From Puniceicoccales bacterium (GTDB lineage Bacteria; Verrucomicrobiota; Verrucomicrobiia; Opitutales; JAIRLG01): a stretch of DNA of 32,000 bases. The stretch lies in contig JAITRB010000004.1 of assembly GCA_031288595.1 (NCBI GenBank), forward strand, positions 1-32,000, read 5' to 3'. Shown here in pieces: positions 24,104 to 32,000 of the stretch. The stretch's first letter is position 1, and each line of letters begins with the position of its first letter. The position numbers and the translations under genes are program-made. The notes under the pieces are model-generated. The model did not search any database, had not been told where the DNA came from, and saw only the letters and a program-made list of their open reading frames with translations.

Positions 24104-26656
24104 TTAAAGCGAAGGCCTCCGTTCGACGAGCTCATAACACTTGATCTCGTCATGGATTTCGAAGGCGGAAAATCCCTGAACTTGTATGCCGCACTCGAGT
24201 CCGGCCCGCAGCTCGGCTAAGTCTTCCTTGAGATGCTTGAGGGAAGCCATACGCCCCTCAAAAATCGTCTCCCGCCCGCGCTGGATGCGGAGGGGCTTGT
24301 CCCTCAAAATCCGGCCATCGGTTACCATGCAGCCGGCCACGACGTATTTGGAGAATTGAAAGACCTGGCGCACCTGGGCGGAACCTAGGTAATTTTCACT
24401 CCACTCCGGCTCCAGAAGGCCGACCATCGCTCCGCGAACCTGCTCCACCAATTCATAAATAATCTCGTGCCGGATTACTGGCACACCGAGATTTTTTACG
24501 AGCGCTCCGGCACCGGAATCGTAGGCAACGTTGAAGCCCAGGAGGGTAGCACCGGAGGAATGCGCCCGTTCGACATCATTCTTGCCGATATGACCGACGG
24601 ATTGATCGAGTACCTCGAGTCGCACCTTGTTGCTGCGAATCGTGGCCAGGCACAGATTTACCGCCTCGAGACTCCCCTGTACATCGGCCTTGATGAGGAT
24701 CCGGAGCACTTTCTCCTGGGACTCCGTGCCCAGGGAGGCGAGGGCATCCTGCCGGCTCTTTCCATGGGCAGCGGCGGACACTTCTTCCCGCGATTGCTTT
24801 TCGACCAAAGCACTTTCCTCAGCAGCTTGGCGGGCACGCTTCTCGTCCTTCTCCGCCCGGGCGATACTTCCGACCTCGGGAAGCGCCGACCAGCCCGTGA
24901 TGCGTACCGGCGTGGAAGGGGACGCTGAGCGGATGGCCTGGCCGTGGTCGTCGAAGAGAGAACGCACGCGGCCGTACTGCGAGCCGCAGACCAGGGCGGT
25001 GCCGACAGACAGGGTCCCTTCCCGGACGATGGCCGTCGCGACCGCGCCACAACCGGGATCGATTTGGGATTCGATGATAACCGCTTCGGCCTTGGCTTTT
25101 GGATTCGCCTTCAGCTCCAGCATTTCCGCCTGAAGGAGCAGCAGTTCCAGAAGCTCCTGAATGTGGGTTTTCTGGGCAGCGGAAATGCCGAGGCAGAGGG
25201 TTTCCCCTCCCCAATCTTCCGGTGCGATGCCGCGCTGCTGCATCTGCTGCTTGACCCGCTCGACATTGGCCGACTTCAGATCGACTTTGTTGATCGCTAC
25301 GACGACAGGCACGCCGGCCTTCTGGGCACATTTCAGCGCCTCGTCGGTCTGAGGCATGAAACCATCATCGGCGGCCACAACGAGAATGGCGATGTCGGTC
25401 ACATCCGCTCCTCGTTGGCGCATGTTCGCAAAGGCGGCATGGCCCGGAGTATCGAGAAAGGTGATTTTCTTCCCCTGCACTTCGACCTGGTAGGCGGCGA
25501 TGTGCTGCGTGATACCACCGGCTTCGCCGGAGGCGACATTCGCCTGGCGAATCGCATCTAACAGGGTCGTCTTACCGTGGTCGACGTGACCCAACACGCA
25601 GACGATGGGCGGACGGGTCTCCCGTTTGGCGGAAATATCGACGGCAGGGCTCTTCTCCTTCTTCTCAGCCTGACGGACATCGCCTTCTTCGCCGCGCCGG
25701 CGGATTTCCAGCTGAAATCCGTACTTTTGGGCCATCGTCACCGCTACGTCCTCCGCGATGGACTGGTTCATGGAGACGAATAAGCCTATATGCATCAATT
25801 CAGAGATGAGCTGGAAGGGCTTGAGTCCAATGGCCAATGCGAACTCGTGGACGATGATGGGAACCCTGATCTTCAGAAGCTTGAGCGGCTTTCCCGACTC
25901 AATCCCTTTTTTTTCTGGCGATGGGTGAAGTTTCGGAGGAGGTAAGGGGGCCGGACTTTTATATGCCCTCGGCGGCAGCGGCGGAAGATGGGGAGGCATG
26001 GGGGAGCTTGGCCGCGAGGAGTTCGCCACAGCGGATAAAGGGGAGACTTTGGGACTGGACTCCCTGTTTACGTCTCTCCCGGATTCCTTCCCGGGCTGGT
26101 GGATGAAGGGCTTTAGCCCGTTCGAAAAGGAGACCATGGATTCAAGAGCAGAGGGCTGCTTCCTCTCGAAGTGAAAGAGCGGCGGCCGTGGTGCCGGCTT
26201 TCCGCGATTGGCCGGAGCCCCCGTCAGCGGAGTGCTTAGAGCTGAAACTGCTCCGGTGGAGGACGCAGCCGAGGCTGTCGCCGTCCCAAGAGCCGAAAAT
26301 GGGGGCGTCTTCGTCGCGGGAGGCATACTGTTCTCGGCAGGCGAAAGGGCTCCTATGCCGGAACCGCGGGGCGCAGGGGTCCCTTCGGTTTCTGTTTTCG
26401 GTTCTTCTCTCTGGGCTTTAGCCGGAAGGGGAGTCTGATGAGGCTGGGACTTCAAGGTGCCTGGAGTCCCCTGCCCATCGGGGCATTCCGGCTTAGAAGC
26501 TCCTGCTGCAAGTGTTTTCAAAAAAGCCTCGGCCTCGGCCTCGGAGATGGAGCTGGAGGCACTCTGGACGGACAATCCATGTGCCTGTAGAAGGACGATC
26601 AGTTCCTTATTGGTCTTGCCTACTCGCTTGGATAATTGATGGACCCTAACGCTCAT
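24104..26656 (-). CDS. infB: Translation initiation factor IF-2
   Basis: Track ORF 24104..26692 (TTG). [24 protein letters not shown] (ATG 26656) looks like the IF-2 N-terminal domain. A Pro/Ala/Ser-rich linker follows. G domain [23 protein letters not shown]. Confidence 0.93.
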   Translation of the reverse strand: MSVRVHQLSKRVGKTNKELIVLLQAHGLSVQSASSSISEAEAEAFLKTLAAGASKPECPDGQGTPGTLKSQPHQTPLPAKAQREEPKTETEGTPAPRGSGIGALSPAENSMPPATKTPPFSALGTATASAASSTGAVSALSTPLTGAPANRGKPAPRPPLFHFERKQPSALESMVSFSNGLKPFIHQPGKESGRDVNRESSPKVSPLSAVANSSRPSSPMPPHLPPLPPRAYKSPAPLPPPKLHPSPEKKGIESGKPLKLLKIRVPIIVHEFALAIGLKPFQLISELMHIGLFVSMNQSIAEDVAVTMAQKYGFQLEIRRRGEEGDVRQAEKKEKSPAVDISAKRETRPPIVCVLGHVDHGKTTLLDAIRQANVASGEAGGITQHIAAYQVEVQGKKITFLDTPGHAAFANMRQRGADVTDIAILVVAADDGFMPQTDEALKCAQKAGVPVVVAINKVDLKSANVERVKQQMQQRGIAPEDWGGETLCLGISAAQKTHIQELLELLLLQAEMLELKANPKAKAEAVIIESQIDPGCGAVATAIVREGTLSVGTALVCGSQYGRVRSLFDDHGQAIRSASPSTPVRITGWSALPEVGSIARAEKDEKRARQAAEESALVEKQSREEVSAAAHGKSRQDALASLGTESQEKVLRILIKADVQGSLEAVNLCLATIRSNKVRLEVLDQSVGHIGKNDVERAHSSGATLLGFNVAYDSGAGALVKNLGVPVIRHEIIYELVEQVRGAMVGLLEPEWSENYLGSAQVRQVFQFSKYVVAGCMVTDGRILRDKPLRIQRGRETIFEGRMASLKHLKEDLAELRAGLECGIQVQGFSAFEIHDEIKCYELVERRPSL

Positions 26657-26743
26657 GCCTTCCTCGAATGATGAAAACATCGGCGATGGCAATGACTTCC
26701 GTTACCAGGAGCCGAAACCAGAACTGTCCTCCCATTGCATGGA

Positions 26744-28006
26744 TTACACGGCTGTCTGGGCGCGGAAGGCCTGCACGGAAGAGAGGATGCTCTCGGCCTC
26801 TTCGGCTTCGAACCCGGAGGCTTGCAGATCCTCGGCAGTGACTCCTTCGAAGACATCGAGACCCGTGATGCCGATGGCGACGAGTTTCTGGGCCATTTCA
26901 TCCGAAATGCCCGGTATGCCGTTGAGACCCTCGGTGGCCTTTTGGATGCGCTGAGACAGGGCTATATCCGCCTGCGGCGCTGCCCGGTTGATGCTCAACT
27001 TCCAGTTCATGAGCTTGGAGGTGAGCTTGGCGTTGAGTCCGCGCTTCCCTATGGCCGTGGCGAGATCATCCTCACTGACCTCGAAACAGAGGCGGCGATC
27101 CCGCTCATCGATCTGGATGTTCCGGGGAATGGCTGGGCGAATGGCCTCGATTAGAAATTCGACCGGATCTGGGTAGTAGCGCAGGATGTCGATCTTTTCA
27201 TTGCCGAGCTCCTTGCAGATGCTGCGGATGCGGACACCCCGAGCACCGATGCAGGCCCCAACAGGGTCGACATTCAGCTCCCGACTCTCGACGGCGACCT
27301 TCGTCCGGTAGCCAGCTTCACGGGCAAGGCTGTGAACGGCAATAGTTCCATCGGCGATTTCCGAGATTTCCAGCTCGAGCAGTTTGTGGACGAACTGGTC
27401 GCAGGAGCGGCTGAGGATGATCTCGGGGCCGTTAGGTGTGGATTCGATGCGCAGGAGGAGGCACCGAACCGGATCACCTGGGCGATAATCCTCCCCCGGG
27501 GTGCGCTCGCGGTGGGGCATGATGCCCTCGGCCTTCCCAAGGTCGATGAAGAGATGACCTCGGTCTTCCGCCCGCACGATGCCGGTGACAAATTTCCCCA
27601 CCTGGTTCCTGAAATCCTCGTAGATGCGTCCTTTTTCGAAGTGGCGGACGCTCTGGTTGATGGCCTGGAGCGTGCTCTGGGCGGCGATGCGCCCCAGGGC
27701 GGATGGCGGTATTTCCTTCTCAACGGTAGTCCCCAGTTGCGCCTGGGGATCGAGTTCCTGAGCCTTGAGAAGGTGCATCTGGGACGCGGGATCAGCGACG
27801 GAATCCACCACTTCGTAGATAGCCCAGGCCTGGAGATGCCCCGTTTTGGGATGGATATGGACGCGCACGTCACGGCCGAAGTGGATGCTCTTGAGCGCAG
27901 CGCTGCGAATGGCTTCCTGAATTGCCTCGATCATGTCGCTCCGGGCAATGCCCTTCTCCTTTTCCATGTACTCCAACACGGCGATGATCTCGGTTCCACT
28001 ATTCAT
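26744..28006 (-). CDS. nusA: Transcription termination/antitermination factor NusA
   Basis: Track ORF 26744..28075. ATG 28006 gives MNSGTEIIAVLEYMEKEKGIARSDMIEAIQEAI, a typical NusA N-terminus. S1 and KH regions (DPVGACIGARGVRI) and a C-terminal HhH repeat. Confidence 0.92.
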   Translation of the reverse strand: MNSGTEIIAVLEYMEKEKGIARSDMIEAIQEAIRSAALKSIHFGRDVRVHIHPKTGHLQAWAIYEVVDSVADPASQMHLLKAQELDPQAQLGTTVEKEIPPSALGRIAAQSTLQAINQSVRHFEKGRIYEDFRNQVGKFVTGIVRAEDRGHLFIDLGKAEGIMPHRERTPGEDYRPGDPVRCLLLRIESTPNGPEIILSRSCDQFVHKLLELEISEIADGTIAVHSLAREAGYRTKVAVESRELNVDPVGACIGARGVRIRSICKELGNEKIDILRYYPDPVEFLIEAIRPAIPRNIQIDERDRRLCFEVSEDDLATAIGKRGLNAKLTSKLMNWKLSINRAAPQADIALSQRIQKATEGLNGIPGISDEMAQKLVAIGITGLDVFEGVTAEDLQASGFEAEEAESILSSVQAFRAQTAV

Positions 28007-28343
28007 ACGACACAGTCCTCGGCGGAAAATTTTCGCTACACCAAGCCCTTCCGGAAGGGTAAAATCAACGCCCATTTGTCAAGGGAGAATGCGCCCAGCA
28101 CCTCATCCCAGAGAAATAGAGCTGAAGGGGTTCTTGAGTGATGTGATTGAGGCTGCTTGACCTATTTTGAAATGGACAGCCATTCCGCTCTGTGGGCGAG
28201 CCCTTCCAGCCAGGGAGACCGGAGACGCGTTCCCTGGAGAGAAGAGAGAAATTCCTCCCTCCTGATTCCCCAAGGCACTGAGGCGCTCGCGAAAAAAGAT
28301 TTGCCAGTTTTAAAATACAGAATAAATGTGGCGGGAGAGCAAA

Positions 28344-29699
28344 ATGAGCCCTCAAGATTTTTCCTCACCCCAGAAGGCTTCCATGAGCCCTAGGACGACA
28401 CCCGCCAGGGACTTGAAGGACGATGTCCGCCAGACCTTTCTCTACTGGCGTTCCCGCATTTTGTATGCCCTGATCCTCGGCTACACCACGTTCTACATCG
28501 TGCGGCAGAATTTTCAAGTAGCGGCCCCTTCGATGCTGCACGAGCTGGGCTATACCCGCTGTCAGATTGGCTGGGCCTTCAGCTCCTTCGCCCTCATCTA
28601 CGGCCTCGGGAAATTCATCAGCGGTGTGATCTGTGACCGCACGAGTGCCCGCTATTTCATGGTCATCGGCCTCCTGGGAGCCTCTCTCTGCAGCCTGCTC
28701 ATCGGCTGCAGCCATTCCATCACCCTGCTGGCGCTATTCTACGCACTCAATGGGGTCTTCCAGTCGATGGGTTGGCCCCCCGTCGCCCGCCTGATGGTCC
28801 ACTGGTACTCACCTCGAGACTTGGGGACGCACTGGGGAATCGTCAATGCCTCCCATCAGGTCGGCAGTGTCATCATCCTGCTCGGAGGTTCTTGGCTACT
28901 CATCCACTGGGGTTGGCGGTCGGTCTTCATCCTTCCGGCGGGGCTGGCTCTTCTCATCTCGGCTGTTCTCTTCCAACGCCTGCGCGACATTCCCGAATCC
29001 ATGGGATTGCCCTCCATCGAGGAGATGGAGGGTCTAGATCCTAGCTCCGGCCATGAGGAAGGCGAGAGCGTGACCCTGCGCGAGATTCTCCTGGAGCACA
29101 TCCTGCCCAATCCCTCGCTGTGGTACGTCTGCTGTGCCAATTTCTTCCTCTATATCGTCCGCATGGGATTCTTCAACTGGGCACCCACCTTTCTGCAGGA
29201 GGCACGAGGTGCTTCGGTCATGATGTCCGGAGTTCAGTCCATGGGGTTTGAGCTGATGGGGGCTCTGGGAGGGGTCTTTGCCGGCTGGGTTTCGGACAAG
29301 TTCCTGCAGGGGAAACGGAACCGCGCCTGTGTCTATTTCACGTCAGCACTGATCGTCGTCCTGCTCCTCTTCTGGTGGCTGCCGTTACGGTCAACGGCCC
29401 TGAATACGCTATTCCTCTTCATCCTAGGCTTTCTGGTCTACGGCCCCCAGATGCTGGCGGGTTGCGCTGGAGCGGAGTTCGGCTCCAAACGGGCAGCCGC
29501 CGCCGGCAATGGACTGACCGGTCTTTTCGGTTACCTCGGGGCTGCGTTCTCCGGTTGGGGAATTGGAAAAATCGTCGATGTCTGGGGATGGAATGCGATG
29601 ATCCTCTTCTTTTCGCTCTGCACTGCTATCAGCATGGGATTCTTCATGCTCAACGGCCAACAGGCGAGGAAGAAACTCAGAGTAGCTCAAGGGAAATAG
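28344..29699 (+). CDS. MFS organophosphate:phosphate antiporter (GlpT/UhpC family)
   Basis: Track ORF 28326..29699. 12-TM MFS protein; the N-terminal block ILGYTTFYIVRQNFQVAAP....GYT..QIGWAFSSFALIYGLGKFISGVICDRTSAR parallels GlpT/UhpC (..YYLVRKNFALAMP..G.S..DLG.A.S.....Y..SKF..G..SDR.N.R). Confidence 0.8.
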   Translation: MSPQDFSSPQKASMSPRTTPARDLKDDVRQTFLYWRSRILYALILGYTTFYIVRQNFQVAAPSMLHELGYTRCQIGWAFSSFALIYGLGKFISGVICDRTSARYFMVIGLLGASLCSLLIGCSHSITLLALFYALNGVFQSMGWPPVARLMVHWYSPRDLGTHWGIVNASHQVGSVIILLGGSWLLIHWGWRSVFILPAGLALLISAVLFQRLRDIPESMGLPSIEEMEGLDPSSGHEEGESVTLREILLEHILPNPSLWYVCCANFFLYIVRMGFFNWAPTFLQEARGASVMMSGVQSMGFELMGALGGVFAGWVSDKFLQGKRNRACVYFTSALIVVLLLFWWLPLRSTALNTLFLFILGFLVYGPQMLAGCAGAEFGSKRAAAAGNGLTGLFGYLGAAFSGWGIGKIVDVWGWNAMILFFSLCTAISMGFFMLNGQQARKKLRVAQGK

Positions 29700-29773
29700 A
29701 AGGGTCTCCCCTCTGTCCCTATCCCCAAAAAAATACCTTTCCCCTACCAAATCCTTTTCTGCCAGGGGGGACC

Positions 29774-29850
29774 TGGCGAGGTGGACGGGACTTGAACCCG
29801 CGACCTTCGGCGTGACAAGCCGACGCTCTAGCCAACTGAGCTACCACCCC
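29774..29850 (-). tRNA. tRNA-Asp (anticodon GTC)
   Basis: The minus strand reads GGGGTGG-TA-GCTC-AGTTGGCTA-GAGC-G-TCGGC-TTGTCAC-GCCGA-AGGTC-GCGGG-TTCAAGT-CCCGT-CCACCTC-G-CCA. 77 nt with an encoded CCA. Confidence 0.92.
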
Positions 29851-29859
29851 CTTGGGGAA

Positions 29860-29887
29860 AATCTGCGCGCCCTCCGATTGAAGTCAA
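29860..29887 (-). promoter_or_regulatory. Candidate sigma70-type promoter for tRNA-Asp
   Basis: The minus strand reads TTGACT (29887-29882), a 16-nt spacer, then CAGATT (29865-29860). This places a start a few nt upstream of the mature tRNA 5' end (29850). The -10 matches the consensus only at A2, A4 and T6. Confidence 0.25.
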
Positions 29888-29970
29888 GGGACAAAATCGC
29901 TGGCCGAAAGAAGGACAAAATCACTGATGGAAAAAAAGTTATCCGGGCGGAAGGAGGATGTATCGGGAAC

Positions 29971-30068
29971 CTGCGCTGTCTTTGCAGGTGCGAAATGGCC
30001 TGAAAGGCCATTTCGCACCTGGGGCTCGCGGAGCGAGCTGAGCCCTGTGGGCTCCAAAGACAGCGCAG
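29971..30068 (-). repeat. Cloverleaf palindromic element copy R4 (inverted orientation)
   Basis: 14-bp closing stem CTGCGCTGTCTTTG / CAAAGACAGCGCAG. H3 AGGTGCGAAATGGCC-TGAAA-GGCCATTTCGCACCT (29986-30020); H2 GCTCGC-GGA-GCGAGC (30024-30038); H1 GAGCCC-TGT-GGGCTC (30040-30054). Lies between the clpC stop and tRNA-Asp. Confidence 0.9.
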
Positions 30069-30104
30069 CGGGAGCAACGGAGAACGTTGAGATTTCTGAG
30101 TCCC

Positions 30105-32000
30105 TCAGGCCTCGGCCGTAGTCACCGCCGAGCGCACCGAGTGTCTGGACCGAAAAAAAGTACGGCCGTCGGGATCCAGAGCGACCTGGACCGACATATC
30201 CTCGCGAAGGCTTCCCTGGAGAAAGGCTTCGGCCAAAGGGTCTTCGACATGGCGCTCGATGGCCCGCCGCAGCGGCCGTGCCCCATATTTAGGGTCATAG
30301 CCCTTCTGGATGAGAAAATCCTGCATCTCCTGGCTCAGCCGGATGGAAATTCTCCTCGCCTCCAGGCGCCGGTTGAGGGCAGCCAGTTCCAGGCGGACGA
30401 TAGCCTCCAGCGCGCTGCGGGAGAGCGGTCGGAAGACGATGATCTCGCTCAGACGGTTGAGAAACTCTGGCCGAAAGGCCTTTTTCACCTCTTCTAATAC
30501 CCGAGCTTTAGTCGCCTCGAAATCACCGAATTCCCGGTGCCCCGAGGAAGGAAAGCCCAGACTGCCATTTTTCTGAAAGAGCTCGGCACCGACATTGCTG
30601 GTCATGAGAAGCAGAGTGTTCCGAAAATCGACCTTGCGGCCGAGGCTGTCCATCAAACGGCCCTCTTCGAGAATCTGAAGGAAAAGGGGCAAGATCTCCT
30701 GGTGCGCCTTTTCGATCTCGTCGAAGAGCAGCAGGCTGTAGGGCTTGCGCCGAACCGCTTCTGTGAGCTGGCCGCCCTCCTCATGACCGATGTAACCCGG
30801 GGGCGAGCCGATCAGGCGGGAGGCGGAAAATTTTTCCAAATACTCCGTCATGTCGACCGAGATGAGCGCATCGGCGGAGCCGAACACCTTTTCCGCCAGC
30901 GCTTTGGCCAAATGGGTCTTGCCCACACCGCTGGGGCCCAGGAAGAGAAAGGAGGCAATGGGCCGCTTCGGGTCGCGGAAATCGGCCTGGGCACGCCGAA
31001 GGGAGCGGGAAATAGCGGCAATGGCTTCGGATTGGCCGACGACAGAGGACTGCAGTTCCTCCTCGATGGAGAGCCAGGATTCGCCCTCCTTGGGCTCCAC
31101 GCGCTCGAGAGGAATGCCCGTGTAGTTCGACACCGTGTGGTAGATGCATGCCTCGTCGATGGGGATGGCCGAAGTGGACTGGAGCTGCTCGCGCCAGCCG
31201 TGCAGGGCGGAGGCCCGCTGTTCGCGGAGCTGCTTCTCCTTATCCCTTAACTGGGCCGCCTCCTCGAAGCGCTGTTCGCGGATCGCCCTTTCCTTCTGTC
31301 CGATGATCTCTTCCAACTCCTGCTGTAGGGAGTCGACGAGTGCCGGTGGTCGCGGGTGGACATGCAGATGGGCATAGGAACCGGCCTCGTCCAGGATGTC
31401 GATGGCCTTGTCGGGAAGGGAACGGCCCTGTATGTAACGGTCGGAGAGCCGCACAGCCAACTCGACGGCCTGGGGAGTATAGGTGACGGAGTGATGGGCC
31501 TCGTAGCAGGACTGAATTCCCTGGAGGATGTAAATGCTTTGCTGGACACTGGGAGCCTCGACAACGATCGATTGGAATCGCCGTTCCAAGGCTGTATCCT
31601 TCTCGATATTCTTCCGGTACTCCGCAAAGGTCGTGGCGCCGATACACTGGATCTCCCCACGGGAAAGCGCCGGCTTTAGCATATTAGAGGCATCCATCGA
31701 GCCCTCCGAGGCACCGGCTCCGACCAGGGTGTGCAGCTCATCGAGGAAGAGGATGATGTTCTGGGCCCGCCGAACCTCCTCCATAAGCGCCTTGAAGCGC
31801 TCCTCGAACTGTCCGCGATACTTGGTGCCAGCCACCATGAGGGCTAGGTCGAGCGAGAGGATGCGCTTGTCCTGCAGGGACAGCGGAACTCTTTTGGCGA
31901 CGATGGCCTGGGCCAGGCCTTCGACGATGGCGGTCTTTCCCACACCGGCCTCACCGATGAGCGCCGGATTGTTCTTCGTACGCCGGCAGAGAATCTGAAG
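30105..32000 (-). CDS. clpC: ATP-dependent Clp protease ATP-binding subunit ClpC (5' end outside window)
   Basis: The frame continues to nt 32000 (..[20 protein letters not shown] is the D1 Walker A). UVR-type linker [17 protein letters not shown] points to ClpC rather than ClpB. D2 Walker [13 protein letters not shown], and the sensor-2 region [10 protein letters not shown]. Confidence 0.88.
   Translation of the reverse strand, partial: LQILCRRTKNNPALIGEAGVGKTAIVEGLAQAIVAKRVPLSLQDKRILSLDLALMVAGTKYRGQFEERFKALMEEVRRAQNIILFLDELHTLVGAGASEGSMDASNMLKPALSRGEIQCIGATTFAEYRKNIEKDTALERRFQSIVVEAPSVQQSIYILQGIQSCYEAHHSVTYTPQAVELAVRLSDRYIQGRSLPDKAIDILDEAGSYAHLHVHPRPPALVDSLQQELEEIIGQKERAIREQRFEEAAQLRDKEKQLREQRASALHGWREQLQSTSAIPIDEACIYHTVSNYTGIPLERVEPKEGESWLSIEEELQSSVVGQSEAIAAISRSLRRAQADFRDPKRPIASFLFLGPSGVGKTHLAKALAEKVFGSADALISVDMTEYLEKFSASRLIGSPPGYIGHEEGGQLTEAVRRKPYSLLLFDEIEKAHQEILPLFLQILEEGRLMDSLGRKVDFRNTLLLMTSNVGAELFQKNGSLGFPSSGHREFGDFEATKARVLEEVKKAFRPEFLNRLSEIIVFRPLSRSALEAIVRLELAALNRRLEARRISIRLSQEMQDFLIQKGYDPKYGARPLRRAIERHVEDPLAEAFLQGSLREDMSVQVALDPDGRTFFRSRHSVRSAVTTAEA

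Noticed and set aside
28007-28343. A rimP gene or structured ncRNA in the nusA / antiporter divergent spacer
   Set aside because: The only ORF here (28065-28355, minus strand) has no RimP-like sequence. Only short 5-7-bp hairpins are present, there is no cloverleaf-family copy, and I recognise no known riboswitch or leader.
1393-30068. The repeats as a CRISPR array
   Set aside because: The copies are dispersed over 29 kb, single per locus, internally palindromic, present in both orientations and separated by housekeeping genes. There is no regular repeat-spacer periodicity and there are no cas genes.
1393-30068. The cloverleaf elements as tRNA genes, tRNA pseudogenes or tRNA-like SINEs
   Set aside because: The topology of four helices is tRNA-like, but the loops are 3-5 nt. 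There is no 7-nt anticodon loop and no T-loop TTCGAAT/TTCAAGT. The closing stems are 11-16 bp and the arm lengths are wrong. The two genuine tRNAs in the window look entirely different.

Overview
This 32-kb window reads as a core chromosomal region of a moderately GC-rich diderm bacterium; Lgt, an LptD-like outer-membrane protein and a GspE/PilB ATPase are all present. I cannot assign a taxon from the sequence alone. I support 25 protein-coding genes, almost all housekeeping: GspE/PilB-like ATPase, comM, argS, xerD, a HIT hydrolase, yidD, lgt, dapA, recA, an orphan SufD-like protein, a membrane protein, miaA, an lptD-like gene, recD2, ftsW, a LysM lipoprotein, murD, a Nudix hydrolase, accA, a small lipoprotein-like ORF, rbfA, infB, nusA, a GlpT/UhpC-type antiporter and clpC (partial). 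There are also two tRNAs, Gly-CCC and Asp-GTC. I see no CRISPR array, prophage, IS element, toxin-antitoxin pair or recognisable defence island. The feature that gene annotation does not explain is a dispersed family of nine structured palindromic elements, each about 96-112 nt. Each has an 11-16-bp closing stem enclosing three tandem hairpins, giving a cloverleaf or four-way-junction topology. They occupy 9 of the 11 intergenic spacers of at least 150 bp. The helices are conserved in structure but differ in sequence through paired changes on both arms, and in seven copies (R1-R7) the third hairpin is different in every copy. One copy supplies the last codons and the stop codon of the HIT gene. 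Whether these act as RNA, as DNA cruciforms or as non-autonomous mobile elements cannot be decided here. Many long ORFs in the six-frame track are antisense or read-through shadows typical of GC-rich DNA, and I rejected them.
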